Below the pieces are notes generated by a model that was not told the origin of the DNA, did no database searches, and saw only the letters and a list, made by a program, of their open reading frames with translations. Below are positions 27,359-40,630 of a stretch of 64,000 bases of DNA, piece after piece; position 1 is the stretch's first letter; each line of letters opens with the position of its first letter. The stretch lies in the NCBI GenBank assembly GCA_015680685.1, contig MNCI01000909.1:1-64000 (forward strand), read 5' to 3'. The stretch is from Gnetum montanum. Its lineage: Eukaryota > Plantae > Gnetophyta. The translations under genes and the position numbers were made by a program.

Positions 27359-28213
27359 TCATAAGTAGTGAGTACACCCTACACCCAACCATATGAATCA
27401 TTAGCATTTACTCAATGATCTAATTGAACTCCAAGGACTTTAGGTTTCTTCATACATTGGTTCTAGGAGATGAAACTAACCATTGCAATCATTGTCTTCC
27501 CAGCTCCACTTGTAATGTTCAAGGATATGGTTAAGTGTAAGTAAGGCATACAATTTTTATCATTTTTACCTTCTATGAATTGTCACCTAAGAACAAGAAT
27601 ATAGAACAAAGAATTAATTAATCTAATATTTAACTAATCTAATGAGTAACTATCACTTAACTAATTCTAACATAAGCATTCATTCCCACTTTCTTTACAC
27701 ATCCTAAACACGTATAGTGCCACTGGGTTGCTAAATGTTAAGTGTTACTAGGATTACCAAGTGTTAGATATATGCTTGAAGTGGTCATACTTATGTTTTC
27801 TATTTAATCACTATCAGTTAATTAATTATTTAATTATTTAAGAAATTAAAGAAAATTGCTTGAATAGTAAATGCATAAGAAAATAATTAATCTAGTCCAA
27901 GTGCTACAAGGTTTACCAGAAAATTTTATCTTTATTACCAAACAAACTAAAGTGCTCAGGTACAATAATAATAGAATAAATATTTGTACACTCTTTGACT
28001 CCTATTATGAGCAATCAAAAAATATTCTTCCTTTCAAGCAAAAAAATTACTAAATTTGCACTACAACTATGAGACTTATGCCATAAATGTTGTGGACAGG
28101 CACATATTTATAGGTGAAACAGGATGCCACATCGATGTATGTTGATGGGATCACATCAACGAGATCTTGTGAATGACATCCCATCGAAGTAACCAAACCA
28201 TGATGACTCATCA
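27359..28213 (-). repeat. 5' LTR of Athila copy 2
   Basis: Colinear with 14968-15827 and flanked by the PBS and the TSD. Confidence 0.9.
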
Positions 28214-31200
28214 ACTAGGCTATTTGGCTATTATCATACATGTTGGTTGTGATGGCTCTCAATATGTTATCCTTGCATATGACATTGTCTTGACTACTAG
28301 AAAGGTAGTATCACTATTTCTTCAAGAAGAACACTAAGGTTAGATAGTGCTTGTACCTTAGTGTATCATGTCTCATAAGTTACCAATACATGGCTCAAGT
28401 ACTAAATGGGTAATTCTACTCCATCATCTCATTTTTTATAGAGAAAAGAGGCTATATATCTATTGGAGATTGTAATGTAGATGTAGAATGATTTGTCTTT
28501 CTAAGGTAGGTACATAGTAGGTAATTAAGCTAGATCTTACTCAATATTGTCAAAGGCTTCTTGGCATGGGTTAGCTCAGTCATAGTGAACTCCCTTCTTA
28601 AGTAATTAAAGCATGGGTTGTAGCTTGTCTGTAAGCCTTAAGATGAGCCTATGAATAAATTGCAATTTGCCTTGTAAAACATGCAATTCTTTAAGGTTGC
28701 TAGGTGCTGAAAAATTAGTTATGGTCTTAACCTTATCAAGGCCAACTCTTGTTCCTACCTTAGAGATTACAAAACCAAACATTTTTCTAATTTTAACACC
28801 AAAGACATACTTTTTGTGTAACATCTCATCCCCTATTAAGGGAAGAATTATACTATAACAATGTAATTAACCTTTGAAAGAAGGGGTGTGTTGTTATGAG
28901 GAGTCTGATTGAGGATGAAAAGAAAGGTAAAAAGGCTTTTAAATTAGCCCAAAATTTAGAAGAAATAAATGAAGTAATATATATATATATATATATTATA
29001 CTTGTTTGTTAATTATGTGTTTTTAATGTATTTATTGGTAGTAGAATTTGGGCTATAGAATGAACCATTGAAAGGTGCTCAGACTTTTGAAAGAGACTAG
29101 TATACTTCAAGGGGAAATGTGGGGGTGATAGAGATTAGTTCTAAGGTTTATATATCTTTATTTAATGATCTAGTTTATTTTTTTTGTACTTTTTATATTT
29201 TTTTTCTAGTCAATTTTTCTTTTTATAGAAATAACATACTAGGCAAGGTTCTAGTAACCTTGTAATTTTAAGTTCCAAACAAAAGGAGAGTACCAAATAA
29301 CAAAAGGATAGCACCAAATAGAAAGATAAAGGAAAGGAGACTAAGGTAAATTTAATTATATCTAAATTTTAAATACTTATTTCTCTTTCTTCTTCTTGTA
29401 TGATGTTGAATTCATGTTCATTGTTTTGTATTATAGATCTCTCTAGGTCAAAGGTACTTCATTTAAGAGTTGGGGAGAGATACAATCTTTGAACTAGCTC
29501 TCACTCCTCCACCAAGATCACCACTTATGACCTCTCCTCATGTGACCTCAATAAGGGGTTCTTTACCACTATGCCAGCTTCAGTTCCCAGGTTTGTTTTG
29601 GTAACTCCTTTAGTCACCATCATGGTTTCCTCCTTCTCATTGGGATAGATGGTGGTGGCGACTGAAGAATAACTTCTTGTTTTTTGGAATCTTGATCAAT
29701 GGATTGCAAGGAATACATCCTATTCCATTTGTGAGGAGATGTACCACATGATGGAGTCTAGATCTTGTGACTTCAAAGGAGATTATGGACTAGTGTAGGT
29801 TGGTGCTACATCCTTTATTTATCCAATTCTTTAGAATGTTCTAGAAGTTTTCAAAAATCTATAACAACTCTAAGGAGAATTAGAGTGCCACATGCCTTGC
29901 CTATTATTTGCTAATTCATGAATAGATCCTTCAAGTTGAGAATGATTAACTTTGGATGAGTAGCTCTTACTCTTCTTTTTTTTTCTTCCTTTTTACTTCA
30001 TTTGATATTCTTTTTGTAACTTTAATCTTGTTTTGTACATTTAGAGGAAGGAAAAAGAATGGTAGGATGACATGATCCATCGATCTCTTTAGGTAAATTT
30101 GCTACAAGCCAAACTTGCAAAGAAGGATGAGGCACAAGCTATAGTGAAGAGTGCTACCAAGTACATCAAAAAATTATGTGATGGTTTGGAAGGATGTAAG
30201 GTAGTACTAGATAAAAAAAGATGCTGAGGAGAAATGAGAAGCCTAGTTGAAGGTAATTTCTAATCTTCTTGATGCATTTAAACTAAACAAATGTTCCCTA
30301 TTCTACTTCTTTTGTTTCTCTATTTCACTTTCCGCTTTCTTTTTCATGGTTTGGTGTATCTCTTCAAATAATAACAGTAATAATAATAAAGTTTAATAAT
30401 ATTTTCTACCACTTTGGTTCATAAATTGTGATTTTCTCAAATATCAAATGTGACATCCCATTCCTAGATGTCATCAATACAAGATTATTTATTACTTAAT
30501 TCATTGTATTTATGAATGTCACAATGGAAATAAAATGAAATAACTTGGTAGAAATTACTAATGCACTAAATTTAATAGGAAGAAAAATATAGATAAAAAA
30601 TTTTATTGATGAGAATGATACACTATAACGCCCTCTAGGTTATCTTCCCATTACATTAAGGCCTTAAAGGTAATTCAACACTACCACCATGGTTAGGTTA
30701 TCTAGCCAAAGGGATGATCCATCCCTTCTTATCTCACTTCACTTGGCTCTTGTCACTTGCCAATTCTGAGTCTGCAACTCCATGTTAGCATGACCTCTAA
30801 GCCCAATCTTATATGGCATAGGTCAAATCCTTTTCTAAGGGGTATCATGAATAATTGTAACTCCTTATAGTGAAACATCCATTCTTTTGAAGGTTAATTA
30901 CATTGTTATAGTATAATTCTGCTCTTAACAAAGGATGGAACCATTACATCTTGGGGTTATCTCAATGTTTGTACTTAAGACAATGTTGAAGTACTAAGTT
31001 TAGGTTATGTGCATGATCACTAGATTCTTGGATTTTATGGCTATATTGTCAACATAATCATTAAGTAAACTTAACATATAATCACTAAACATGTAAGTCA
31101 TGGCTCATTGATATGTCACATCTATGTTTTTCAAATCGAATGGCATAAACATGTAATAAAAGATTTCCCGTTGGATCATGAAGGTTAATTAGAGTTTATG

Positions 31201-31945
31201 CTCTAGGTTGATCCTAACTTGGTTATATCTTGAGAACCCATACATAAAGGATAATAAGGCATGGCTAGCTATAGTATCAATAAATTGATTCATACTAGGA
31301 AAAAGAAAGTTATCGTTAATGGTTACCAAATCGATGCATAGATGAATGCTCCTATTATTCTTGGGAACTACCACTATGTTGAATATCCAATTAGCATAAT
31401 CAACAACTTAGATGAAACTAGGTTAGTAAAGCTTCTTCATCTCATCATTGATTGCTAGGGCTAAGTCTGGTTTGACCTTACACACTTTCTAGTTGATAGG
31501 CTTAATGCAAGGATCATGTATGATGTTATTTTGATCTAAGCATGGATCATGTCCTGGCATGTCTTTGTATGACCATGCAAAGGCATTAATGTTATCTTAG
31601 AGAGCCTTGGTGATATCTTGGATTAGTTGGGGTTTGAGTGAGGAACTTAGTTTCCATGTTTTCTCCTTATCATTGTAGGTTGTAATAGGAAATTTAACTA
31701 GAGAATCCTTTGTAATGCCTCTAGCCTCTAAGTCAAGGATTTTAACTATGTAATCAGGCCATTCTAAGGACTTTTCTATTGAAGCTATGTGGTCGAATAC
31801 GCTTCTATGCTCAAGATCTAGTCATTCGAGGTCAATTGATCAATCAACATTACCATAAGGTCCATTCAAGCTCAAAGGTTGGTCAAATTATTCTCATGTA
31901 TTCATAGTTTAGTCTTGCATGTCAACAAGGCATATTAACTAGCAT
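28214..31945 (-). pseudogene. Element A reverse transcriptase/RNase H, interrupted by the 28817-30948 insertion
   Basis: VVPKNNRSIHLCIDL..DNFLFP..FMYGFSRYNQ (31189-31374) and KKYVFGVKIRKMFGFVIS (28606-28824). Confidence 0.85.
28817..30948. mobile_element. 2.1-kb non-autonomous insertion with ~87-bp terminal inverted repeats, TGTAA...TTACA ends and a 5-bp TSD
   Basis: 28817-28904 is the imperfect reverse complement of 30860-30948, with a shared core AGAATTATACTATAACAATGTAATTAACCTT. Flanks are TTTTG/TCTTG; excision restores NPKKYVF in the host RT. Confidence 0.8.
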
Positions 31946-32149
31946 CTGTATCATCAAATATACCAAAATAGGCTAAAACTAGATAAAATAATGCAAAAAT
32001 AAAGTAATAAATACTGTTATTTATGTTTTACGTTATTATATGATTAAAATAAGAAAAAATATAATGAAAAAAACCATAAATGAGTAAAATAATATGGTTT
32101 TATGTCAAATAAGCTAGAAAAAGTTAAGTATTCCCATCCCAAGGATGTG

Positions 32150-33330
32150 GGAGATAGTGGGATAGCATGTGAGCATTATGGGTTATATCCACAACATGTG
32201 AGACCTATTGGGACAGTGTGTGTGCAACAAGGATTATCTTGATAGTTTGTGGAACTTGGGTTGCTCGCATATGACCACTCTAGATTAGATCCTTAGCATA
32301 TGGAACCTAGTTTGATAGTGTATGGGTATCTTGGACTAGATCCTTAGTATATGAGACCCAATGGGGTAGTGTATGAACACTCTAGATTAGATCCTTAGCA
32401 TGTGGAATGTAGTCTAGTAGCATGTGGGTATTTTGGACTAGATCTTTAGCATGTAAGACCCAATGAGGTAGCATATGGGATTGATCCAAGTATCATATGA
32501 AGTAGGATTTATTGATTGATATCATCTAGAAACTTATTTCCTTGTTAGTTTTCCTTGTTCAACATATGAGACACTTGGTGATTTGGTTCTAGGATTGTAG
32601 GAACCACCTATTAGCTTGTTTGATTAGTTTGATAGTGTATGGAATCCTAAATATCAGTTTCATGCCAAGATGTAGCATATGAAGTTAATTTCCTAGTTAA
32701 TTTCTCATCCATAGTGTGTGATAACCTTGGTTAATTTTTTCAAACTCTATGGGATTCACTAGGTAGTATATGGAAGATATAGGGGTAGTGTGTGGGGTAA
32801 GGAAAATTAATTTGACAAGATATGTCAGTGTATGAGATTAATTTTGTAGCTAAATTCCCATCCCTAGCATGTGAAACCTAAAGTATTTTTGCTCATGGTT
32901 TGTGGGATCCACCTATTGTCAAAATTGACTATATTGATAACGTGTGAATCTTGGAAATCCAACCTCTTAATCAAAACTAGTGTATGAACTTAATTTCTTC
33001 CTCTATTTTTCCTCCCTAGCATATGAAATAGTGTATGAAATCCTAGTCATTTTAGCCATGTTTCATGGGGCCCACACATCACCAAAATTGAACATGTTTG
33101 TAGTGTATGGATTAGAAAAATTAAATATTCCACTAGAACCAATGATATAAATCTAATTTCATTTTTAATTTTCCATCCAAAGCATGTGAAGGGTAATTCT
33201 TGGCATGTGAGAGAAGATATGCACAATGTGCAGGGTTGGAAAGAAGATTTTTGTAGCAAACCTTAGCATATGAAGCTAATTTCACACTTAATAATCCTTA
33301 CCCAACTTGTGAGAGCGAGACTTGGAATTA
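32150..33330 (+). repeat. Array of roughly 30 copies of YAG(C/T)(A/G)T(A/G)TGR, including a ~101-bp tandem duplication
   Basis: Repeated TAGCATATGG/TAGTGTATGG/TAGCATGTGG. CACTCTAGATTAGATCCTTAGCA occurs at ~32276 and ~32377. Confidence 0.8.
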
Positions 33331-36123
33331 TAAAATAATTTAAATAGAATATTATAAATTTTGGCTTATCTACCTCATGTGTTTAGCATGTTGTAGCAAG
33401 TGTAGGGATTTTGAACTTCTCCTTGTAGTAGTTAGAGACAAAACTATCGAAATCTAGTAACCATGGTAAAGAAAAACAAATTAACAAGTTGAAATCTAGG
33501 ATTTGAAGAGGTAGAGGAGGCTATAAAGATCATATCTAGGCTTTTGAATCCATCTACAAGTAAATGATCTTCATCAATGTCTACCAAGTACCAATTTTCC
33601 ATTATTTTCTTTAGTTTTTGGCTAAATTGTAGAAACCTTTTTCCATTTCTAGGCCTATTTAGTTAGATATTTTGCATTCTAACTACATCGAATCTAGGAT
33701 TTTGATTTTTCTAACCATATTAGGGATGAAATTTGGGATCTTTTTGCTTTTTTGGTAAATATTTTGATTTTTTCCCAAACACGTGCAGCATTGATGTCCT
33801 ATTTTTGCCTATTTTATGCAAATTTATTGTTTTTTGTAGCCTATGTATGATGAGATTTATAGGTTTCAACTACATAGAATTGTTTTTTAGGCTTATTGGT
33901 CATACTAAAGGTGGAATTATATATCTTAAATTTTTTCTAGCAAAGATTTGGATTTTTCTTTACCCACTATATAGTGATATGTCTATTGGCATTATTTTCT
34001 AAGGCTTTTGATTTTTTTCATAGCTAAAGTAGCAGCATTGATAAGGTTTTGATCACATACGGATAATTTCTTGAATCTTTGGGCATGGTAGATGTAGTGT
34101 AGAAGGGTCCTAGGCCATGGTTGTATGTTTTGAAATTTTTTTGAGGTTTTTTATGGTAGTTAATCAATTTCAAACTAGGGTTTTTCTAGCTAAATTTTAT
34201 GAAGATTTGGGATTTTTAGCACTTATAAGTGTAGTGCTATTAATGAATCTAGGTTTTTCTAGCCATGTTCACTACATATATGGTTGAAAATAAATTTTAA
34301 AAAAAATTTCTATATTTTTTCCAACCCTAAGTACTTGCATTGGCCAATTTTTGGTTGAGATATGAAGTTTTAAATTTGTTGTACCTTATGTTGATAGAAT
34401 TTGGGTGCTTGAGACTTAAATTGTGCAATGTTGATTTTTCCTAGTCCTATGGATACCATGTGAGTACCTAAGATCTGCAAGGGTAGTGTATGGGTTGCTA
34501 AAGCTAGGAAAACTTGTGTTTTTTGTCTCATTTCCACATCTTTAGCATTTTGGACTATATGAGTTCTTTTTTACCATTGTTTTTAAAAAATTTTCACTTA
34601 CCAAGCTCCAACGTTGTTAATCTTCATCATATGCTTTTGTGACAACTTGATTTTATGTCAAATATTTGTAGAAATACTCGTTTAATACTTTGTATGTTAG
34701 CTATTTACAAAATGTGAAACTTGGTTCTTCAAAGTATCTATTATCTTTTTTCATGTCAAACAATTGTCAAAATGTCAAATCAATTTTTTTTTATGTCACA
34801 CTCGTCACAATATCAAATTTGATGTTTTGATTTGTACTACAATGGTAATTATATTAATGAACTTGTTTATTTTTTATTTTTTGTTCTCACATCAATGTTG
34901 GTACTATTGATATCATTTTTACTTCTTTTTGTTTGTTTTCAAGTTTTTAAAAGTTCTAAGATCTAATGACTATATATTTTGGCTATGTAAAAGGCTCTAC
35001 TAAAATCAATTTTGATCATTGTGAGGTTGGTAGACATTTTGTACTATATAGAAATGGCTACCTAGAATAGTTTAATACCTGACATGACCCTTAATGAGTG
35101 CACTCATGCATGGTTTAGAATTGGTCCTAGAGATTTCCTAATGTACTTACTACAAGATTACAATGTAATAATGTGGTCACACTTGGTTGTCGATGTTTTA
35201 GCTATAATTACAAAGACTCTTATGGTAGGGTCTTCTAATTACATTTTGAAGTACATGATGGATGATCCTAAAACCTAGATAAACATAGAGCATGAAGGGG
35301 GTTTATACTCCATAGGGGTTTGATAGTTATTGCACATCTGAGAGATGCCGATGTATTCCTGATATAATGCAGACAACACCTTAATGCTAGGTCATAGACT
35401 AAATACTCTATTTAAAAATCCTATTGAAATCATTTACCTACTAGAAGCATAAGCCTTATTTTAGTTTGACATATTTTTATTTCAATTTTAGGTCTTTTTG
35501 TTTGACTATTTTCATATTTTAGTTTTGCAGGTTTAAGGTGCACAATAGAGGATTGTTGAAAAATGACCAAACATTGTCCATAGCCTACATAGCCTCGGAA
35601 GAATCTAACTAAGGTGATGTTATAAGAATGCAAGTGCTTAAGTAGCTTGATGTAGAGTTTTTCTAGTACCAGATGCAATATTCTTATGCATATTAGAGCT
35701 ATATGACCACCAAATATGCACATGAGTTTTGGAATCTCCAAGGTTTAGGAGCCTGTACACAACTTAAACTTATAGTTTTAGCTTTGTCCTAGTTAGGTAA
35801 GTGAAATTGTTTTAATTTATTCAATGCTTTAAACATTTTTTTATTTTATTTTTTTTGATTTTTGGTTTTTAGTTTTAAATTTTTAGTTTTAGTTTAGTTT
35901 TTTTATGATTTCTACATTTTAGTCTTTATGATTTTTAATTTTTTAGGTTTGATGGTTTTTAATTTTTAGGCTTTTTTTGTTTTTAAATTTTTAGGATTTA
36001 TGATTTTTAATTTTTATGTTTTTTTTAAGAGAATGTTCGGGTTTGTATTACTAAAAGTTATGGTACACGAGTAAACAATTACAATGGGGGGGACATCAGG
36101 GATGGCCCACTCTGAGGGGGGGG

Positions 36124-36951
36124 NNNNNNNNNNNNNNNNNNNNNNNNNNNNNNNNNNNNNNNNNNNNNNNNNNNNNNNNNNNNNNNNNNNNNNNNNNNNN
36201 NNNNNNNNNNNNNNNNNNNNNNNNNNNNNNNNNNNNNNNNNNNNNNNNNNNNNNNNNNNNNNNNNNNNNNNNNNNNNNNNNNNNNNNNNNNNNNNNNNNN
36301 NNNNNNNNNNNNNNNNNNNNNNNNNNNNNNNNNNNNNNNNNNNNNNNNNNNNNNNNNNNNNNNNNNNNNNNNNNNNNNNNNNNNNNNNNNNNNNNNNNNN
36401 NNNNNNNNNNNNNNNNNNNNNNNNNNNNNNNNNNNNNNNNNNNNNNNNNNNNNNNNNNNNNNNNNNNNNNNNNNNNNNNNNNNNNNNNNNNNNNNNNNNN
36501 NNNNNNNNNNNNNNNNNNNNNNNNNNNNNNNNNNNNNNNNNNNNNNNNNNNNNNNNNNNNNNNNNNNNNNNNNNNNNNNNNNNNNNNNNNNNNNNNNNNN
36601 NNNNNNNNNNNNNNNNNNNNNNNNNNNNNNNNNNNNNNNNNNNNNNNNNNNNNNNNNNNNNNNNNNNNNNNNNNNNNNNNNNNNNNNNNNNNNNNNNNNN
36701 NNNNNNNNNNNNNNNNNNNNNNNNNNNNNNNNNNNNNNNNNNNNNNNNNNNNNNNNNNNNNNNNNNNNNNNNNNNNNNNNNNNNNNNNNNNNNNNNNNNN
36801 NNNNNNNNNNNNNNNNNNNNNNNNNNNNNNNNNNNNNNNNNNNNNNNNNNNNNNNNNNNNNNNNNNNNNNNNNNNNNNNNNNNNNNNNNNNNNNNNNNNN
36901 NNNNNNNNNNNNNNNNNNNNNNNNNNNNNNNNNNNNNNNNNNNNNNNNNNN
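36124..36951. other. Assembly gap (828 N)
   Basis: Run of N bounded by a G-run and a C-run. Confidence 1.
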
Positions 36952-39900
36952 CCCCCCACCACAAAGCCAAAATTAACCCCGATTGGTGCCCACGGCGTTT
37001 ATGGCGAAGGGCCTCAAGGAAGAACCGCGGCAGGTTAACCTGGGGGCCGTCCTTCAAGCACCTCAAGAAGGTGAAATGCAACCCCTGGAGCTTGGACACG
37101 TTGCCCGAATAGACGAAAAAACGTTCCACCAAGGTGGCGGCGCAAGTCCAGAGGCGCGGGAGAGAAGACCGAGGGACCTGGTGGCTCTACGTTCTCAGGG
37201 TTAGCCCCTTGAAAAAGGTCGCAGAGTTCTGGAGGTCGCAGGAGGTTAGCAGGATGACCTCACCAACGGTCGGGACCCCCAAATAGCTGGCCAGGGTGGC
37301 TTCCATGAGCCGAATTGCACGGCCATGAAAGAAAGTTTGATCACCGTGCCAGTTAGTAAAGAACGTGTTGTTAGGAAGGTCAGGGTCCCTGACCAGCCTT
37401 TGCAGCAGGTCGGCCTAGCCGCACTGGCAGACCATCTACCAGAGTTTCACGTCATCCTGGTAGACGGTGCAGTCAGGTTCGTATGTCGGCGTCGCTCCCA
37501 TGGTGTCCGCAAGCTCGCGCCACGCTCTGAAGGTCCGCAGGATAAGTCGCTAGGGGGGGGGGTTGCCGCCTGCGAAAAGACCATGCAATTCTGCACCTTC
37601 CAGGCGTGCCATAACAGCAGCGTTGACCAGGAGTCACCATTAAATCACCGGGGGGGGGCATCTTGCATGCGCGCCAAGTGGCAACCATGCAAGGGCAGTC
37701 GTAAATGAAGTGGGTGAGCGTTTCGGAGCTAGTTCCTCAGCGCGGACACGTGGTGTCGTGTGTGATGCCGCGCTGCTGTAGTACGGCACGTACGGGGAGC
37801 ACCGCAGACTTTATCTGCCAGAGGAACATTTTGACTTTCTCGGGAAGCCACCTGCGCCAGATCTCCTGCCAGCTGTCCTCCGGGGGAAATTTTTACGTCA
37901 GGATGGTGCGTGGATCGAGGTGGATCCAGCCCAGGCGCAGCATCTTCCGCACGTGCTGACAGATGATCTGCCAAGGGCGCGAAACGTGCGGTCCAGGCTG
38001 CCAAGGCATGTATTTCCGGCGGGCGATGTGGGCCCACTGGCTGCGCTCCCCCAGCGCACGTGTCAGTCGGTGGACGAGCCGTTGCTGTCCCATCGTGCAT
38101 TCATCTTCGAAAGTCATGACCCCCAAGCCCCCCGCTTGACGAAGACGGGGGACGCGGTGCCAGTTTACAAGGTGAAGCTTGCTCTCCCCTTTGCCCCCCA
38201 CCAAATGAAGCCGCGGATCATGGCGTTGATTTGGTGAATTATGGCCTAGGGGGGCGCTGCGACTGCCACCACAAAGTGCGCAGTGGTCGTGAAGATCCCG
38301 GTAGCCACGAGGAGGTGGCCCTTGCAGGTAAGAAAATGGTTTACCTAGTGGTGTATGCACTTCTCGAGTTTGGCCAGGAGGGGAGTCCAAGTATTGTTCC
38401 ATCCCCAATGGAACAGCGGGATACCAAGGTAGGTATCGGTGAGTTTGCTGGACTAAATGTTCAGGATTTGTGTAACCCGGTGCTGCACTTGCAGGTCCAC
38501 ATTGATGAAGTATGCCGTCGACTTTGTGCGGTTGATTTCCAATCCTAATTCGGTGGCCAATCTGGTCAGGGCTAGGTTGATACACCGTGCCTGAGGGGCC
38601 GCCACCCGGCTGAGAAGCATGGTATCGTCGGCGTAGTGTTGAACACGGCAAGCCACCCCCACAATGTCCAGGCCCTCCACCCCTGAGGTACTGCAGTAAA
38701 ATTGCATGAGGTCCATGGCAATGATGAAAAACAAGGGGGACAGGGGGTCGCCTTGCCTCAGTCCACGACTAGGGGAGAAAAAGCCCCACAACCACCCACC
38801 CATGTCAAAAGAGAACCCTACGGAGGACTGGATATGCAGACATAATTGGATAAAATCAGGGTCAAAGCCTTTCTTATGCATGATGTCATGTAGGGCGTCC
38901 CAACTAAGCATATCGTATTCCTTAGCTATGTCTAGCTTGAGACATAGACCAGGAAACTTCGTAGTACGGAGGGAATGAAGGACCTCTTGCATAAGAAGAA
39001 CCTGATCCTAAAGGGTCCTACCATGAACGAAGCCTGCTTGATTACGTCCAACCAACTTAGGCAAGAGGGGTCCCAGACGATTGACCAGGAGTTTGGAGAA
39101 GACGCGAATGAGAACATTGCACACACCAATGGGATGAAAGTGCTCTGGGTGGTGTGCATTCAACTGTTTTGGGATGTAGATGATGCGTGAGTAGTTGATT
39201 TCGTGCCGTACCTGTCATCTGGCCAGCATGACGTTGAAAGCATCCAGAAGATTGGGCCCCACAACATCCAAGAAAGCTCTGAAGAACTCTAGTGACCAAC
39301 CATTCGGTCCAGGCGCTTTACCGCCCAGCATGTTGTTGATGGTGTTAGTCAATTCTGTCGCCGAGAAGGGGGCTAGAAGAAGTTGATTGTCCACAGCAGT
39401 GAGCACCTTGGCCACATGGACGGAGATGGGCTGGGTGGGGTGCTTGGTCCAAATGTGCCCTCAATAATGTGAGAGCTTGTTGGCAATCCCTTATGGGTCT
39501 TCAACCACCGCCCCAGCCTGAGTACGGAGGCCACGGATGTGGGTTTCGCCACGCGTCTTAGCCATGGCGAAGAAGAATTTCGTATGTTGGTCCCCCTCAC
39601 GGAGCCATCTAATCCAGGATCGCTGCCGCCAATAGGTCTCCTCCTCGTGATCTAGACTTTGGAGTTGACGGAGAAGATACATCTCCTTCGAGTGCAGCTC
39701 CTTCCCAGTCTCTTGTCGCGCCTGGATGTGTCCGAGCCGCTCCTGAACCATCTTGTGGCCAGTACGAAACGAAAACTTCTCGCCCACCGGGAGGGCCCGG
39801 ATGGCCCACTTGAGCCGAAGGAGAGAATCTTTGAAGAAGCTCTGAAGGTCCATCCGACCCAGCTGGTAATCGGCCCAGATGTCCTCCACCAGGGGGCGAA

Positions 39901-40630
39901 GCCACGGTTTGGTCAGCCATGTGGTCTCGAACCGAAATGGGCGTGGGGCCCGGGGTTGAGGTGGGCCAATGGACACGACCAACAAGCGGTGGTCAGAAGC
40001 AGCCTGCTCTTGCCCGGTCACGTTGATGGCGGTGCCGAGGAGAAGAGCAGAGCTAACGCAAACGCGATCAATGCGGGAGAGGACACGGTGCGCCCCTTTT
40101 TGTCGGTTGCTCCAGGTGACACGGCAGTTTGCAATGGGTAGATCAACAAGAGAAGAGCGCTCAAGGAACGCCATGAAATCTGGTGCACCTGGAGTTGGGG
40201 GGGCATCCCCCAGATTTCTCCCAAGGGTACAGACATTGGTTGAAGTCACCAAAAACCACCTAGGAGCCGTGATCAGGCACCAGCAAGGCCACCCGATTCA
40301 ACTCGTGAAGCCGTGATTCCCAATCCTGCGCCCCATAGAAGTTGGTTAGCCAAAAACCATGGGCAGGGATGTGGACCGTGATGGTCCATGGGGAGGCATC
40401 CACCAGAGTGGTGGTGGGATGTGCAAGAATGGCTAGGCCTCCAGCCCAGCCCTGGCTGGGGTGTAGGTAGGCGGTCCAGCCCATCCACTGGAGGTGACCA
40501 GATTCCACGGCCTGCAGCTTGGTTTCCTGAGGTAGACCATATCACAATTCTCCTCTCTGACAATACGACGTAGGGTATTTCGTTTATAGGGGGTACCCTA
40601 CCCCCTGTAATTCCAACTGAAAATCTTCAT
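36952..40630 (-). pseudogene. LINE ORF2: APE endonuclease, RT, zf-RVT/CCHC, then an Athila-ORF2-like C-terminal domain (a few stops and frameshifts)
   Basis: MKIFSWNYRG start at 40630. Motifs QETK, GDFN, TWSN, SRIDR, SDH, KAPGPNG, KLDIAKEYD, RGLRQGDPLSP, HYADD, GGLG, KVKMFLW, CPR..ETLTH..C, WHAWKVQN. Confidence 0.9.

Larger units (their letters stand above)
14968..28213 (-). mobile_element. Full-length degenerate Athila-type Ty3/gypsy element (~13.2 kb) nested in the RNase H of element A
   Basis: Two ~860-bp LTRs, Asp-type PBS, PPT, gag-PR-RT-RH-INT and ORF2. Degenerate 5-bp TSD ATCAG/ACTAG; removing the element restores the host codons I-A-R-W-K. Confidence 0.92.

Noticed and set aside
32150-32480. 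CRISPR-like repeat/spacer appearance
   Set aside because: The intervening sequences are themselves repeated, there are no cas genes, and the context is a eukaryotic TE.
36014-37132. Long 288-372 aa ORFs in the ORF track
   Set aside because: Their length comes from translating the N gap; only the minus-strand part at 36952-37132 is meaningful.
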